The translations under genes and the position numbers were made by a program. DNA of 64,000 nucleotides from an uncultured Gammaproteobacteria bacterium (GTDB lineage: Bacteria > Patescibacteriota > Microgenomatia > CAZETR01 > Amesbacteraceae): positions 122,000 through 185,999 of the forward strand of contig CAZIVL010000001.1 in NCBI GenBank assembly GCA_964543035.1. The letters are read 5' to 3'. Below the pieces are notes generated by a model. The model was given only the letters and a program-made list of their open reading frames with translations. It made no database searches and was not told the origin of the DNA. This document shows positions 39,450 through 48,401 of this stretch, in pieces (position 1 is the stretch's first letter; each line of letters starts with the position of its first letter).

Positions 39450-39464
39450 TGAAGATATTATTAA
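39450..39464 (-). promoter_or_regulatory. 15-bp regulatory box, copy 7 (autoregulatory position)
   Basis: TTAATAATATCTTCA-12 nt-TACCAT-6 nt-ATG. Confidence 0.6.
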
Positions 39465-39566
39465 GAAATCGTTTGGGGTTGATTAAGAGGATACCATCGA
39501 AACACAAAACCAATTAAGATAATTCCAAGAATTCAGACGAGAAAAACTCTTAATTTTCTTTATAAA

Positions 39567-41783
39567 TTATCTTTCTGAACCTTTAAAATCAGATAGCGTG
39601 GTAACCCTCTTGAGAGTTCTGGTATAAATCACAACTTTGGCGTCCTTCATGAGTTTTGTAGATAATTGTTCTGAAAGCTGGGTGTGTTTTTCTTGCGTTA
39701 GACGTTCTCGAATAAACTCTTTAGCATCTTCAAACGCAAGTTGTTTTGGCTCAGAACGGCCAAGCACTTCGACGATATAAATATACCCATTGGCTTCAAA
39801 TGGTGGCCCAATTTGTCCTTTGGGAATAACCTGCACTTGTTCGTGATATTGATGTTTTACGATTTCACCGACCACATTCATTTCTTCTTCAACCCACTCA
39901 GATACTTCACCACCTTTATCCTTTGTTTGCTCATCTTCAGAATACTGCTTAGCTACACTGGCAAAATCTTCACCTTTCTTAAGAGGTCCCGGCACAAGTT
40001 TTTTATACGCCTCATTTGCCTTTTCGAATGCTTTTTTGTGCTCGTCGTCTGTTTGGCTGTCAGAACTCCCAGCCCGAATAACAATTTGGCGAACTTTAGA
40101 TTTGGCCGGCATAACCAGCTCGGCTTTATTCCGATTGTAATAATCTTGCAAGTCCTTATCTTCGATTTTAATCTTTTCATCAACTTCTTCCTGTTCCAGC
40201 ATTTGGGCCAAGACTTTCAGTCGCATTTCATCTTTCCGCTCTTTCGTCTCGGTTTGCGACACCTGACTTAAACTGTCTTCATAGAGAAGCAGGCGCTCAA
40301 TGATTTTTTCAACCAGCGCCTGCTTACCCTCGGTGCCAGAATACGAAGTCAAGAAAGAAAGTGGCAGTTCCTGATATTCCTCCCAGAATTCACCTAGGGT
40401 AAACCTTTTACCGTTGACGGTAAAAAGCGTCCTGTCGGCATTGTCGGTATAGTATTTTTTTTCTGTTTCCGCCAACACTGCCGTTTGGACACTGGATTTG
40501 ACTTCTTCAAAACTCTGCTGCCTATCCGGTTGCTTGGAGATTAGCTTAACAATAGAGAAAGCATCTTTGTCAGTTATGACATCGCTTATCTGTTCTGGAT
40601 CTAACCGAAAAATGGCTTCTTCATAAGCAACATCCTGCTCTCCCTTGGTTTTGGTTTCCCCGGTCTGGGGAAGCGTTGAACTGCTTATTTCCTCATAGAC
40701 CTGACCAAAATCACTTCCCGAGCGGATTTTAGAAAGAGCTTGCTCGGCTTTTTCTTTAGCCTTTTTTTCGTCTGTGCCTTTTGGAATCCGGATCTCATGA
40801 ACCACTACCTGAGCTTTGACGAAATATTTATCCTTGTTGGCGTCATAGTAATTTCGTAGTTCCCAATCGGCTGGCACAGGAACAGCAAGTGTAGCTACGT
40901 CTTTGGTAATTGAAGCTCTGTTTTTGAGTCCAGTAATATAATTTTGAACAAACTGGTCTTCCTTCTCACTCTGAAGTTTAGTTTTTATTTCTTCACGGAC
41001 ATCAGTCAGGGTTTTATCGCCAAAATCTTTCTTGTTAGCCTCATAGTATGCACCTATATCGCCTTCGGTCACCCCAAGTTGGCCTTTGTGCATTTGGGCA
41101 TGTAATTCATCAAGATTTATTTCCTCTGTAATATGCTTCATCACGTGGGAAAATTCCTTGTCCTGGTCGGGTTTCCGGTTGGCTTGCCAGCGTTTGACGA
41201 TCTCATCGGTAATCATCTCCTGAACAATGAGTCCGTATCCTTGTGGACTCTTTAATTGTTTTCGATATTCCTCATCCTCAACAAGAGAAGCTAAGTGTTT
41301 CTCAACATCTTCGATGGTTATTCTGCCGCCGTCATAGGCAGCCACGACATTCGGTGCTGGTGGCCAGGGGGCAAAAATGTCCTCTCGGAATCTGAACACA
41401 AGAAATGCTGCGACTACTATTACACCCAAAATAATCTTCTTTTTTCGTGACAAATGAATGGTTGGTAGAGGAAAGCGGGACGGTTTGCTCTTCTCTGGCT
41501 GGTCTTCGCCCTCCATGGCATCAGGTGGCTGTACAGGATGAATTTCTTCTCGGAGAGTAACTGCTTCCGGCGGTTCAGTGACTTCTTTTTCTACAACCTT
41601 TTTCCTCGTTGGTGAAGGCTCCGGCTTTTTGGGAGCGGGTTTTTGTTTTTGGCTACCACCAGAAAAACCCAAAGATTGGCGTATATCGGTAAATATCTGG
41701 CCCCAGCCTTCGCTGGATTTGCCTTTATCGACCGTTTTCTGTTTGTGGTGGGAAGACATTGACTTTTGTTTCATTTCCTTCAA
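39567..41783 (-). CDS. Membrane-anchored foldase with two parvulin (PpiC) domains; start uncertain
   Basis: One TM; GSDFGQV...EEAIFRL...ISDVI; GEDFASVAKQYSED..TKDKGG; SurA/PrsA-like helical repeats. Confidence 0.85.
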   Translation of the reverse strand: MKEMKQKSMSSHHKQKTVDKGKSSEGWGQIFTDIRQSLGFSGGSQKQKPAPKKPEPSPTRKKVVEKEVTEPPEAVTLREEIHPVQPPDAMEGEDQPEKSKPSRFPLPTIHLSRKKKIILGVIVVAAFLVFRFREDIFAPWPPAPNVVAAYDGGRITIEDVEKHLASLVEDEEYRKQLKSPQGYGLIVQEMITDEIVKRWQANRKPDQDKEFSHVMKHITEEINLDELHAQMHKGQLGVTEGDIGAYYEANKKDFGDKTLTDVREEIKTKLQSEKEDQFVQNYITGLKNRASITKDVATLAVPVPADWELRNYYDANKDKYFVKAQVVVHEIRIPKGTDEKKAKEKAEQALSKIRSGSDFGQVYEEISSSTLPQTGETKTKGEQDVAYEEAIFRLDPEQISDVITDKDAFSIVKLISKQPDRQQSFEEVKSSVQTAVLAETEKKYYTDNADRTLFTVNGKRFTLGEFWEEYQELPLSFLTSYSGTEGKQALVEKIIERLLLYEDSLSQVSQTETKERKDEMRLKVLAQMLEQEEVDEKIKIEDKDLQDYYNRNKAELVMPAKSKVRQIVIRAGSSDSQTDDEHKKAFEKANEAYKKLVPGPLKKGEDFASVAKQYSEDEQTKDKGGEVSEWVEEEMNVVGEIVKHQYHEQVQVIPKGQIGPPFEANGYIYIVEVLGRSEPKQLAFEDAKEFIRERLTQEKHTQLSEQLSTKLMKDAKVVIYTRTLKRVTTLSDFKGSER

Positions 41784-42858
41784 GTAACTTTAGATTAACC
41801 CGTTCTCCTGGTTTGACGATATAAGCAATGACTCTGGGAAATATCTTTTCCATGCGCTCCAAATACAATCGGAAGCGAGTTACTTGTTCTCCATAAATAC
41901 TACTGTTTGTTTTATATTCCGCTAAAATGCCAGTAAAAGCTACCGCCGACCCGCTGGCTTCGTTAATCTGCGCCTGAGCCGAGCTGCTAGCCTCAGTAAT
42001 CAGTTTTTGTGCTTGTCCACGCGCTTCGGGAATGATGCTATTTTTGTACCCTTCTGCTTCATTCATTGTTTTACTCTTGTCTTCTCTGGCACTTGAGACA
42101 TCACGAAAGGCATCAGCCACTTCATCTGGTGGATAGGCTTTTTGAAAGTTGACACTAACAACGGCCAGCCCGCTGTTATATGAGTCCAACAATGTTTGTG
42201 TTTCTTTCTGTAGGCGATTTAGGACGCTCTGGCGCTCTGAAGTAAGAATATTATCAACTGCTGTTTCGGCACTGATTTTGGTTACCGCAGCCCGTACCGC
42301 GTCGCGGACTGTCTGATAGGCAGCATAATCGATGTTGAATAAGTAATCAGCGGGGTCTCGTACTTGGTATTGGACGATGACTTCGTAGTCAATAATATTG
42401 GTATCTCCACTTAGAACTTGGAGTTTCCCTGGTTGTTCCACATGTTTCGGGTGTTCTGGTTCGGGACTCGAAAGACCGACACTCTCCCGCCTCACTTCAG
42501 AAACATTAACAATTGTTTCGCGATCAACGGGCCAAGGTAGGCGATAATGAAGTCCTTCTGATACTTTTGGGCTCACGACTTTCCCAAAACGAGTAACTAC
42601 TGCCGCTTCTCCTGATTTGACGATGTAAATACCCGATAGAAAATAAATGACTATTACGATTTTGACAATATTTCCTGAAACATAACGGGCATTGACGTGT
42701 TTAAAAGCAAGGCGAATATCCGTCATAGAAGATGATCCGTCAGCCGAACGGATTTTTTTCGTAGCAATTTGAACTAATCGTATAAATAAGCCAACGACTA
42801 CAAGTACACGTTTAGTAACCTGCGCCAATAATTTTTTTATGTTGTTTGTTTGTTCCAT
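41725..42858 (-). CDS. hflK: HflK family SPFH protein
   Basis: SGIYIV..GE.AVVTRFG, GLHYRLPWP, PPDEVADAF.DV..A, IPEARGQA, TRFRLYLE. Confidence 0.9.
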   Translation of the reverse strand: MEQTNNIKKLLAQVTKRVLVVVGLFIRLVQIATKKIRSADGSSSMTDIRLAFKHVNARYVSGNIVKIVIVIYFLSGIYIVKSGEAAVVTRFGKVVSPKVSEGLHYRLPWPVDRETIVNVSEVRRESVGLSSPEPEHPKHVEQPGKLQVLSGDTNIIDYEVIVQYQVRDPADYLFNIDYAAYQTVRDAVRAAVTKISAETAVDNILTSERQSVLNRLQKETQTLLDSYNSGLAVVSVNFQKAYPPDEVADAFRDVSSAREDKSKTMNEAEGYKNSIIPEARGQAQKLITEASSSAQAQINEASGSAVAFTGILAEYKTNSSIYGEQVTRFRLYLERMEKIFPRVIAYIVKPGERVNLKLLEGNETKVNVFPPQTENGR

Positions 42859-42926
42859 ATAAAGATACCGACACTTATTTTGCTTATCTTTACTCCTATG
42901 TTCAGTGCTTTAACTAAATCCGCTGT

Positions 42927-43856
42927 TTATGGATTGAGATACTTCAGCAATTCTGAATCAGAGGGAAGAATAAGCGTTGTGCCATTATTTATGACCTTGT
43001 CGTACGACTCAAGCGTACGCAAAAACTGGTAGAATGCTGGGTCACGACCAAAGGACTGAGCATAAATGCGGATTGCCTGTGCTTCTCCCTCTCCTTTAAT
43101 TCGGTTTGATTCTTCCTGAGCTTTAGATAAAAGGGTGGTTTTTTCAGCATCCGCCTCAGCTCGAATCTTGGTCGCTTCCTCAGTTCCTTCGGACCTGAGT
43201 TGTCTGGCGATTTGCTGGCGTTCGGCTCGCATCCGCTGGAATACACTTTGCCTGTTTGCTTCAGGAAAGTTAAGCTGCTTGAGTCTGACATCGGCCACCT
43301 TAAAACCGTAAGCTCTGGTGCGTTCATCAGTCTGTTTGGTAAGTCCGGAGAGCATCTCGTCAAGTTTCATCTGACTTTGATCAGTGGTGACTAAGTTGGT
43401 CAGTTCATACTGTGATAGTGCCACACCAAGCTCAGAAGTAAGAATATCTGAGAGTCGAGACGATGCTCCTTGGGCGTCTCTGACACTTTTGAAAAATTGC
43501 ACCGGATCGTCTATCTGCCAAGTAGCATACGCTTCAACTAAGACATTTTTCTTGTCTTTGGTCAGAAATTCTGTTTGAGCGACATTCTGAACTTGTACTC
43601 GTTTATCCAGACGAATCAGATTTTGTAATGGATCGGGAAGTTTGGCATACAACCCAGGTTCTTTGATCGCTCGAATTGGACTGCCAAACTGAGAAACAAT
43701 AGCGTATTGGGTGCTGTCGACTTGAAATGCAACCAGTGTGGATATGATAAGCAAAAGTCCAACTATAATGCCTACCATAAATTTAGGCTGGCGCAGTGTG
43801 GACCAGTTAACTCTGCTTTTTGCTTGATCTATAAATTGAGATTGCCGTGTTTTCAT
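42927..43856 (-). CDS. hflC: HflC family SPFH protein
   Basis: LTKDKKN, FQRMRAER, RSEG.EEA.KIRAEAD, DPAFYQFLRTLESY, DSELLKYL. Confidence 0.92.
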   Translation of the reverse strand: MKTRQSQFIDQAKSRVNWSTLRQPKFMVGIIVGLLLIISTLVAFQVDSTQYAIVSQFGSPIRAIKEPGLYAKLPDPLQNLIRLDKRVQVQNVAQTEFLTKDKKNVLVEAYATWQIDDPVQFFKSVRDAQGASSRLSDILTSELGVALSQYELTNLVTTDQSQMKLDEMLSGLTKQTDERTRAYGFKVADVRLKQLNFPEANRQSVFQRMRAERQQIARQLRSEGTEEATKIRAEADAEKTTLLSKAQEESNRIKGEGEAQAIRIYAQSFGRDPAFYQFLRTLESYDKVINNGTTLILPSDSELLKYLNP

Positions 43857-43870
43857 AAATTCGCCTCCTT

Positions 43871-45397
43871 TTAGGGTTGAGCAGTTTTTCCATTAGTAAT
43901 CCACAAATCAGTGGAGTTTGTTTCCACTCGTGGGTCGAGAATGTATTTTCTAATGTTTGGTAATACTTTCTCCAATGATTCTAGATACAGTCGTGTCCGG
44001 GTAACTTGCGGGGCAGTTTGGTAAGCTGCAAGTTTTTTACTGAACCGCTCGGCTTCGCCGGTTGCCAAAGCAATCTTACTTGTTTTCTCTGCAGTTGCTG
44101 TGGTTACTTGTTTGCTCGCTTCCCCTCGAGCCACTGCTACAGTTTCATTTTTATATGCCAAAGCTTCATTCATATACGTATTTTTGTCTTCTCGAGCGCT
44201 TGATACATCCAAAAATGCGTCAGCTACTTCGCTGGGTGGAGTGACGGAAAGCAGCTGGATATTGGCGACTTTTATGCCAGTGTTATGTTCCTCAAGTAAG
44301 CTTTGCGTTTTCATTGAAGTCTCAGCAAGAATTGCACTTCTACTTGCGGTCAGAAGATCGTCAACTCCTTTTTGCGCCACAACTGCTCTAAAAGCAGTTT
44401 CTGTTTCTTTGGCAAGCAAGTTTTCTGGACTTTGAGTACTGAAAAGATAATCCGCAGGATTGGTGATCGTATATTGGACGGTCAATTTTGTATTAATGAG
44501 ATTGGTATCTCCGGTGAGCACTAATGTGGCTTCGGTTTCTACTTGACGAACTTGGTCTGTATTCACTCTTGATATGGAGTCAATAAGGGGTACACGTATA
44601 TGAAGTCCAGAACCAAAGGTGCCAGCTACTTTTCCAAATCGCTGTATCACCGCTTGCTCACCGGCTTGTACGGTATAAACGCCTGATAGCAAAATGAATA
44701 CTGCTGCGATCCCACCTAGATAACCCAGTATTCGTTTATTGTGAAAAAGGGCCAGATGATGATGTCCTTCAAGGTGCAAGGGCAGCGATTGATTTGTTTT
44801 GAGGGCATGAATCGCCGATTCAGCAATTTCCCAACCAGAGGTGACGATGAGCATGATCACGAAAATCGCTGCTAGCTTATCAATGGCTGGAAATCCCACG
44901 GCCGCCGCAATTAATCCGACGACGACAAGGACTGAAGCGTAGAGATCCATACGTGAGTGGTAGCCACTGGCAATAAGACTGAGAGAATTAGTAGCACGAC
45001 CGACAAATTCTTTATACCGGGCGGTAAAGTAGGTTATAACAATAGTCAGAAATGCACCAATGGTAACTGGCCAGATATTTCGAAGATCTGGTGCTTCGGC
45101 AGCACCTGTCACTTCTCTAAAAATCTCAAGAGCTGAGAAAAACATCAGCCCTGAAACGATTAATGCCACGACATTTTCAATCGTTCCGGCTTGTAGTCGC
45201 CGTTTGGCTTCCCAAGCTGCTGATAAAAGCCCTATAAGTACAAAGACCGAAACAAACACATCACCGACTGAGTGCCAGGCACTGGCTTTGAGGGACAAAC
45301 TGCCCGATGAGGAAGAAAGAAAAAATTTAAGAAGAACAAGTACGATATTAGCGACAATGGTAACAACAATAGTTTTTTCTTTTCTATTCATAGCCAA
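43871..45397 (-). CDS. Fusion of a CDF (cation efflux) TM domain and an HflK SPFH domain
   Basis: N-half KFF....SGSLSL.A.AWHSVGD and ASGYHSRMD; linker HLEGHHH; C-half SGVYTVQAGEQAVIQRFG...TRTRLYLE. Confidence 0.88.
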   Translation of the reverse strand: MAMNRKEKTIVVTIVANIVLVLLKFFLSSSSGSLSLKASAWHSVGDVFVSVFVLIGLLSAAWEAKRRLQAGTIENVVALIVSGLMFFSALEIFREVTGAAEAPDLRNIWPVTIGAFLTIVITYFTARYKEFVGRATNSLSLIASGYHSRMDLYASVLVVVGLIAAAVGFPAIDKLAAIFVIMLIVTSGWEIAESAIHALKTNQSLPLHLEGHHHLALFHNKRILGYLGGIAAVFILLSGVYTVQAGEQAVIQRFGKVAGTFGSGLHIRVPLIDSISRVNTDQVRQVETEATLVLTGDTNLINTKLTVQYTITNPADYLFSTQSPENLLAKETETAFRAVVAQKGVDDLLTASRSAILAETSMKTQSLLEEHNTGIKVANIQLLSVTPPSEVADAFLDVSSAREDKNTYMNEALAYKNETVAVARGEASKQVTTATAEKTSKIALATGEAERFSKKLAAYQTAPQVTRTRLYLESLEKVLPNIRKYILDPRVETNSTDLWITNGKTAQP

Positions 45398-45435
45398 TTA
45401 GTTTAGTTCTTTGGGCAATATTAACAATAATGATA

Positions 45436-45454
45436 TTACTACAAATTGTAGTAA
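45436..45454. promoter_or_regulatory. BlaI/CopY-type operator
   Basis: TTACTACA-AAT-TGTAGTAA, perfect inverted repeat. Confidence 0.8.
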
Positions 45455-45477
45455 ATTGTTGAGATAAATGCAACAGT

Positions 45478-46263
45478 TTATCTTATTAACTTATCTTCAA
45501 AGTCATGAAGTAAAAAAAGGCTGACATCATCTCGAGAAAATTCGCCCTCCTGAAATGGTTGTTCGATTTTTGTTATCAATCTAACAATGTATAAAAACAT
45601 GTATGAGATAAATCCGAACAGTACGAATGATTCCGGAGATCCTTCAGATTTAATAAACAACAAAAGGAATATTATTAAACATACAATTGACTGCCCAAGA
45701 ATAAATGCTGATGGTATAAATTGTGTTCGTTGAATGTGTAAAACACGTAGCACCGATCGTCTGATATTTCCCTGCTCAGTCTTTAATCTGACAAGATAGT
45801 TTGGAGGCATACCAAGCTGTTCCATTTCATAAAAATGTTGAGATAATTCGTCAATGGATTGTAAACACGGCTTCAAATTTATATGGTTTTGCTCATGGCT
45901 AATACCAAGGAAAAAGTTACTGATCACTTTTTTGAGAGTTTCTTTTAACCGCAAAATCTTAAACGTAGTTTTACCTTTTTTAAACAACTGCCCTTCTTCA
46001 AAAATATTTTCCAAAGATGCTCGAAGCTCTGAAGGTATCTTTTCTGCTTCTTTGTAATCAGTGATTAATCCTGACAAAAGAAAACCACATATAAACGTAG
46101 CTCCAGCTATAGCGCTTCCTGTAAGGGTATTAATTTCCAAAAACTCCCATTTAAAAAAATGTACTAAATACTTTATCAGTATCAACAGGATTACCCAGCC
46201 GATAGTTGTAATAGCAATATTAAAATGCTTGATACGATGGTGATTTAAAATAGTTTTAATCAT
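45478..46263 (-). CDS. 4-TM membrane protein, possibly bestrophin-like
   Basis: 2 TM + soluble helical region + 2 TM; GFLLS...DYKEAE; IEQPF. Confidence 0.55.
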   Translation of the reverse strand: MIKTILNHHRIKHFNIAITTIGWVILLILIKYLVHFFKWEFLEINTLTGSAIAGATFICGFLLSGLITDYKEAEKIPSELRASLENIFEEGQLFKKGKTTFKILRLKETLKKVISNFFLGISHEQNHINLKPCLQSIDELSQHFYEMEQLGMPPNYLVRLKTEQGNIRRSVLRVLHIQRTQFIPSAFILGQSIVCLIIFLLLFIKSEGSPESFVLFGFISYMFLYIVRLITKIEQPFQEGEFSRDDVSLFLLHDFEDKLIR

Positions 46264-46267
46264 AGTC

Positions 46268-47200
46268 TTACCAAAATTTAAAGCCTTTAAGGATTCTCTC
46301 GTAGACCCGATATGGTTTAGGGCCGACTAGACCCTTACCGTTGATAAAAACCAGAGGGGTGCCATAAATATTTGTTTTTTCAAGTTGTATCCGTCTTTCA
46401 ATAACCGCGCTTTGCGTCTCAGAAGATTGACTGCAGGTATTTATAGCTGCAACATCATACCCAACGTCTTCGAGAATCTCATCGACAAATTCCTTCTTAG
46501 CTATGTCTTCCTTGCTATTTTCGAACAATTTATCATTGAATTGCCAGTATCTTTCCTTATCCTGCTGATAGGCACAATAACCGATTGGCAAGAGATACAA
46601 TGTTTCTTCCTTTACTGGGTAGTGGGCAAAAGTGTAGTTAACTTGGTTTTCGGAAATAAACTGCTTTATCAATGGATACGCTTTTCTAGTGTAATCGCAA
46701 CTGTAGCAACCAATGAGTACTACAGAGTCTTTTGAACCTTTATCAATATTTGGAAAAAGACTCAAATCAACACCTTTAAGGGTAACTTTGCTTTCATCTC
46801 CTACTCCATCCGAACAACTACCGCCAGTTTGAGAAACTTTATTATTTTCACCTTTAGGGTCAAGGGCGCAAAATCCTGATTTATTTAGGCCATTACAACT
46901 TCCATACATGTAGTAGTTGTATAAACCTTTCCCTGTCCAGAAAATGCTGGCCACTGTGGTTAGGAATAATATCCAAGACAGAAGTTCAAAGTGTCTGTTG
47001 ACGACTCTGGCTGCCACCTGAGAACGGGAAAGGAGCGTTCCCACCATCCGAGCTTTCATCTTTTCTTTAAACCCCGTAGTACACGGACGTAGTGTTATTC
47101 GGCGAAAAACACAATCAAATGCCTCCTTGGCCAACTGCCTGTGTGAGGCACTAAATATGCTGATAATTGATAAGGCGATAAACGCTAAAATGCAAAACAT
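46268..47200 (-). CDS. Membrane-anchored Cys-rich DsbA/thioredoxin-fold protein
   Basis: GCYSCDY, HYPV, IYGTP..FING; additional Cys in the N-half. Confidence 0.75.
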   Translation of the reverse strand: MFCILAFIALSIISIFSASHRQLAKEAFDCVFRRITLRPCTTGFKEKMKARMVGTLLSRSQVAARVVNRHFELLSWILFLTTVASIFWTGKGLYNYYMYGSCNGLNKSGFCALDPKGENNKVSQTGGSCSDGVGDESKVTLKGVDLSLFPNIDKGSKDSVVLIGCYSCDYTRKAYPLIKQFISENQVNYTFAHYPVKEETLYLLPIGYCAYQQDKERYWQFNDKLFENSKEDIAKKEFVDEILEDVGYDVAAINTCSQSSETQSAVIERRIQLEKTNIYGTPLVFINGKGLVGPKPYRVYERILKGFKFW

Positions 47201-47202
47201 AA

Positions 47203-48399
47203 TTAGAGAACGCTTAATACTTTATGTAATTCTTTAACAAAAACTTCTGCTTCATCAAGAGTGTTATAAAAATAGACCGATGCCCGCACCGATCCGGGGA
47301 TTTCCCTGTCCGCAAACCAGGAATGTACGCAGTGTTGACCGGAGCGAACCATAATCTGTGAGGAGGCGTCAAGCATGAGAGCGATCTGATGATGGTCTTT
47401 GTCCGGAATATAAAAAGACACAATTCCGCCTCTTTCTTTGAAATCAGCCGGACCGATAATAAACAGATTGGGAATTCTCCGAAGTTCCCCAGTTATATAT
47501 TCATTTAACACTTGCTCCTTCTTTTGTATTTCGGCAAATCCAATCTTTTCCAGATATGAAGCCGCCTCACCTAATCCGATAATTCCTGCATAATCCTGCA
47601 GTCCTGCCTCAAACTTTTCAGGCGAAGGGAGAAACTCGCACGATTCATAAGTGGATGAGGAAACGGTATCACCACCGACTAAAAATGGCGACAATTTCTC
47701 CAAGAGCCCATATTTTCCGTAAAGGACTCCTGTACCAGACGGACCAAGCATCTTGTGGCCCGAGAATGCCATAAAATCAACATCCAGCTTTTGGACGTCT
47801 ATTGCTTGATGCGGAACAGCCTGAGCACCATCAAGAAGCACTAAAGCACCATGTTGGTGTGCCAAATGGATAACTTCGGCAGCTGGAATGCTTACACCGT
47901 CCAGATTTGAGGTCATGCCAAGAGCAACCAGTTTTACTCCCTTCTCAAGAGCTTTCTTATACGCTTCCATATCAAACGTGTTATCTTCGAGTGAACGGAC
48001 AATCCGGTGAGCAGTCCCGATTTTGTTGCGCAGAATCTGCCAGGGAATAAGATTGGAGTTGTGTTCCTTATCAGAAGTTAAAACAATATCGCCTTCTTTG
48101 AAGGCTAAGCTATTAGCTACCAGATTAATACTCTCAGTAGTATTACGAGTAAATACTATTTCCTCTTTTCGTTTTGCGTGTAGGAATTTAGCTATCTGTG
48201 TGCGTGCTTCATCACATTTTTGAGTGACCTTTGCTGCCAGATGATGGTTACTCCTGCCCCCGCACGCAGAATAATCTCGGTAATATTCAGTTATCGCATC
48301 AATGACCGATTGGGGACGCAAACTCTGACAGGCATTGTCAAAATAAATTTCTTCTTTTGAAATTACCGGAAAATCCTGTCTGATTTTTGTAATATTCAT
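47203..48399 (-). CDS. Cysteine desulfurase, SufS/group II type
   Basis: YFDNAC, EHNSN, DGAQ, SGHKMLGP, RSGQHC. Confidence 0.9.
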   Translation of the reverse strand: MNITKIRQDFPVISKEEIYFDNACQSLRPQSVIDAITEYYRDYSACGGRSNHHLAAKVTQKCDEARTQIAKFLHAKRKEEIVFTRNTTESINLVANSLAFKEGDIVLTSDKEHNSNLIPWQILRNKIGTAHRIVRSLEDNTFDMEAYKKALEKGVKLVALGMTSNLDGVSIPAAEVIHLAHQHGALVLLDGAQAVPHQAIDVQKLDVDFMAFSGHKMLGPSGTGVLYGKYGLLEKLSPFLVGGDTVSSSTYESCEFLPSPEKFEAGLQDYAGIIGLGEAASYLEKIGFAEIQKKEQVLNEYITGELRRIPNLFIIGPADFKERGGIVSFYIPDKDHHQIALMLDASSQIMVRSGQHCVHSWFADREIPGSVRASVYFYNTLDEAEVFVKELHKVLSVL

Positions 48400-48401
48400 A
48401 A

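Noticed and set aside
41725-41783. Frameshifted HflK-foldase fusion suggested by the 59-nt overlap
   Set aside because: HflK ends at a normal length, later in-frame ATGs exist for the foldase, and no slippery site is evident
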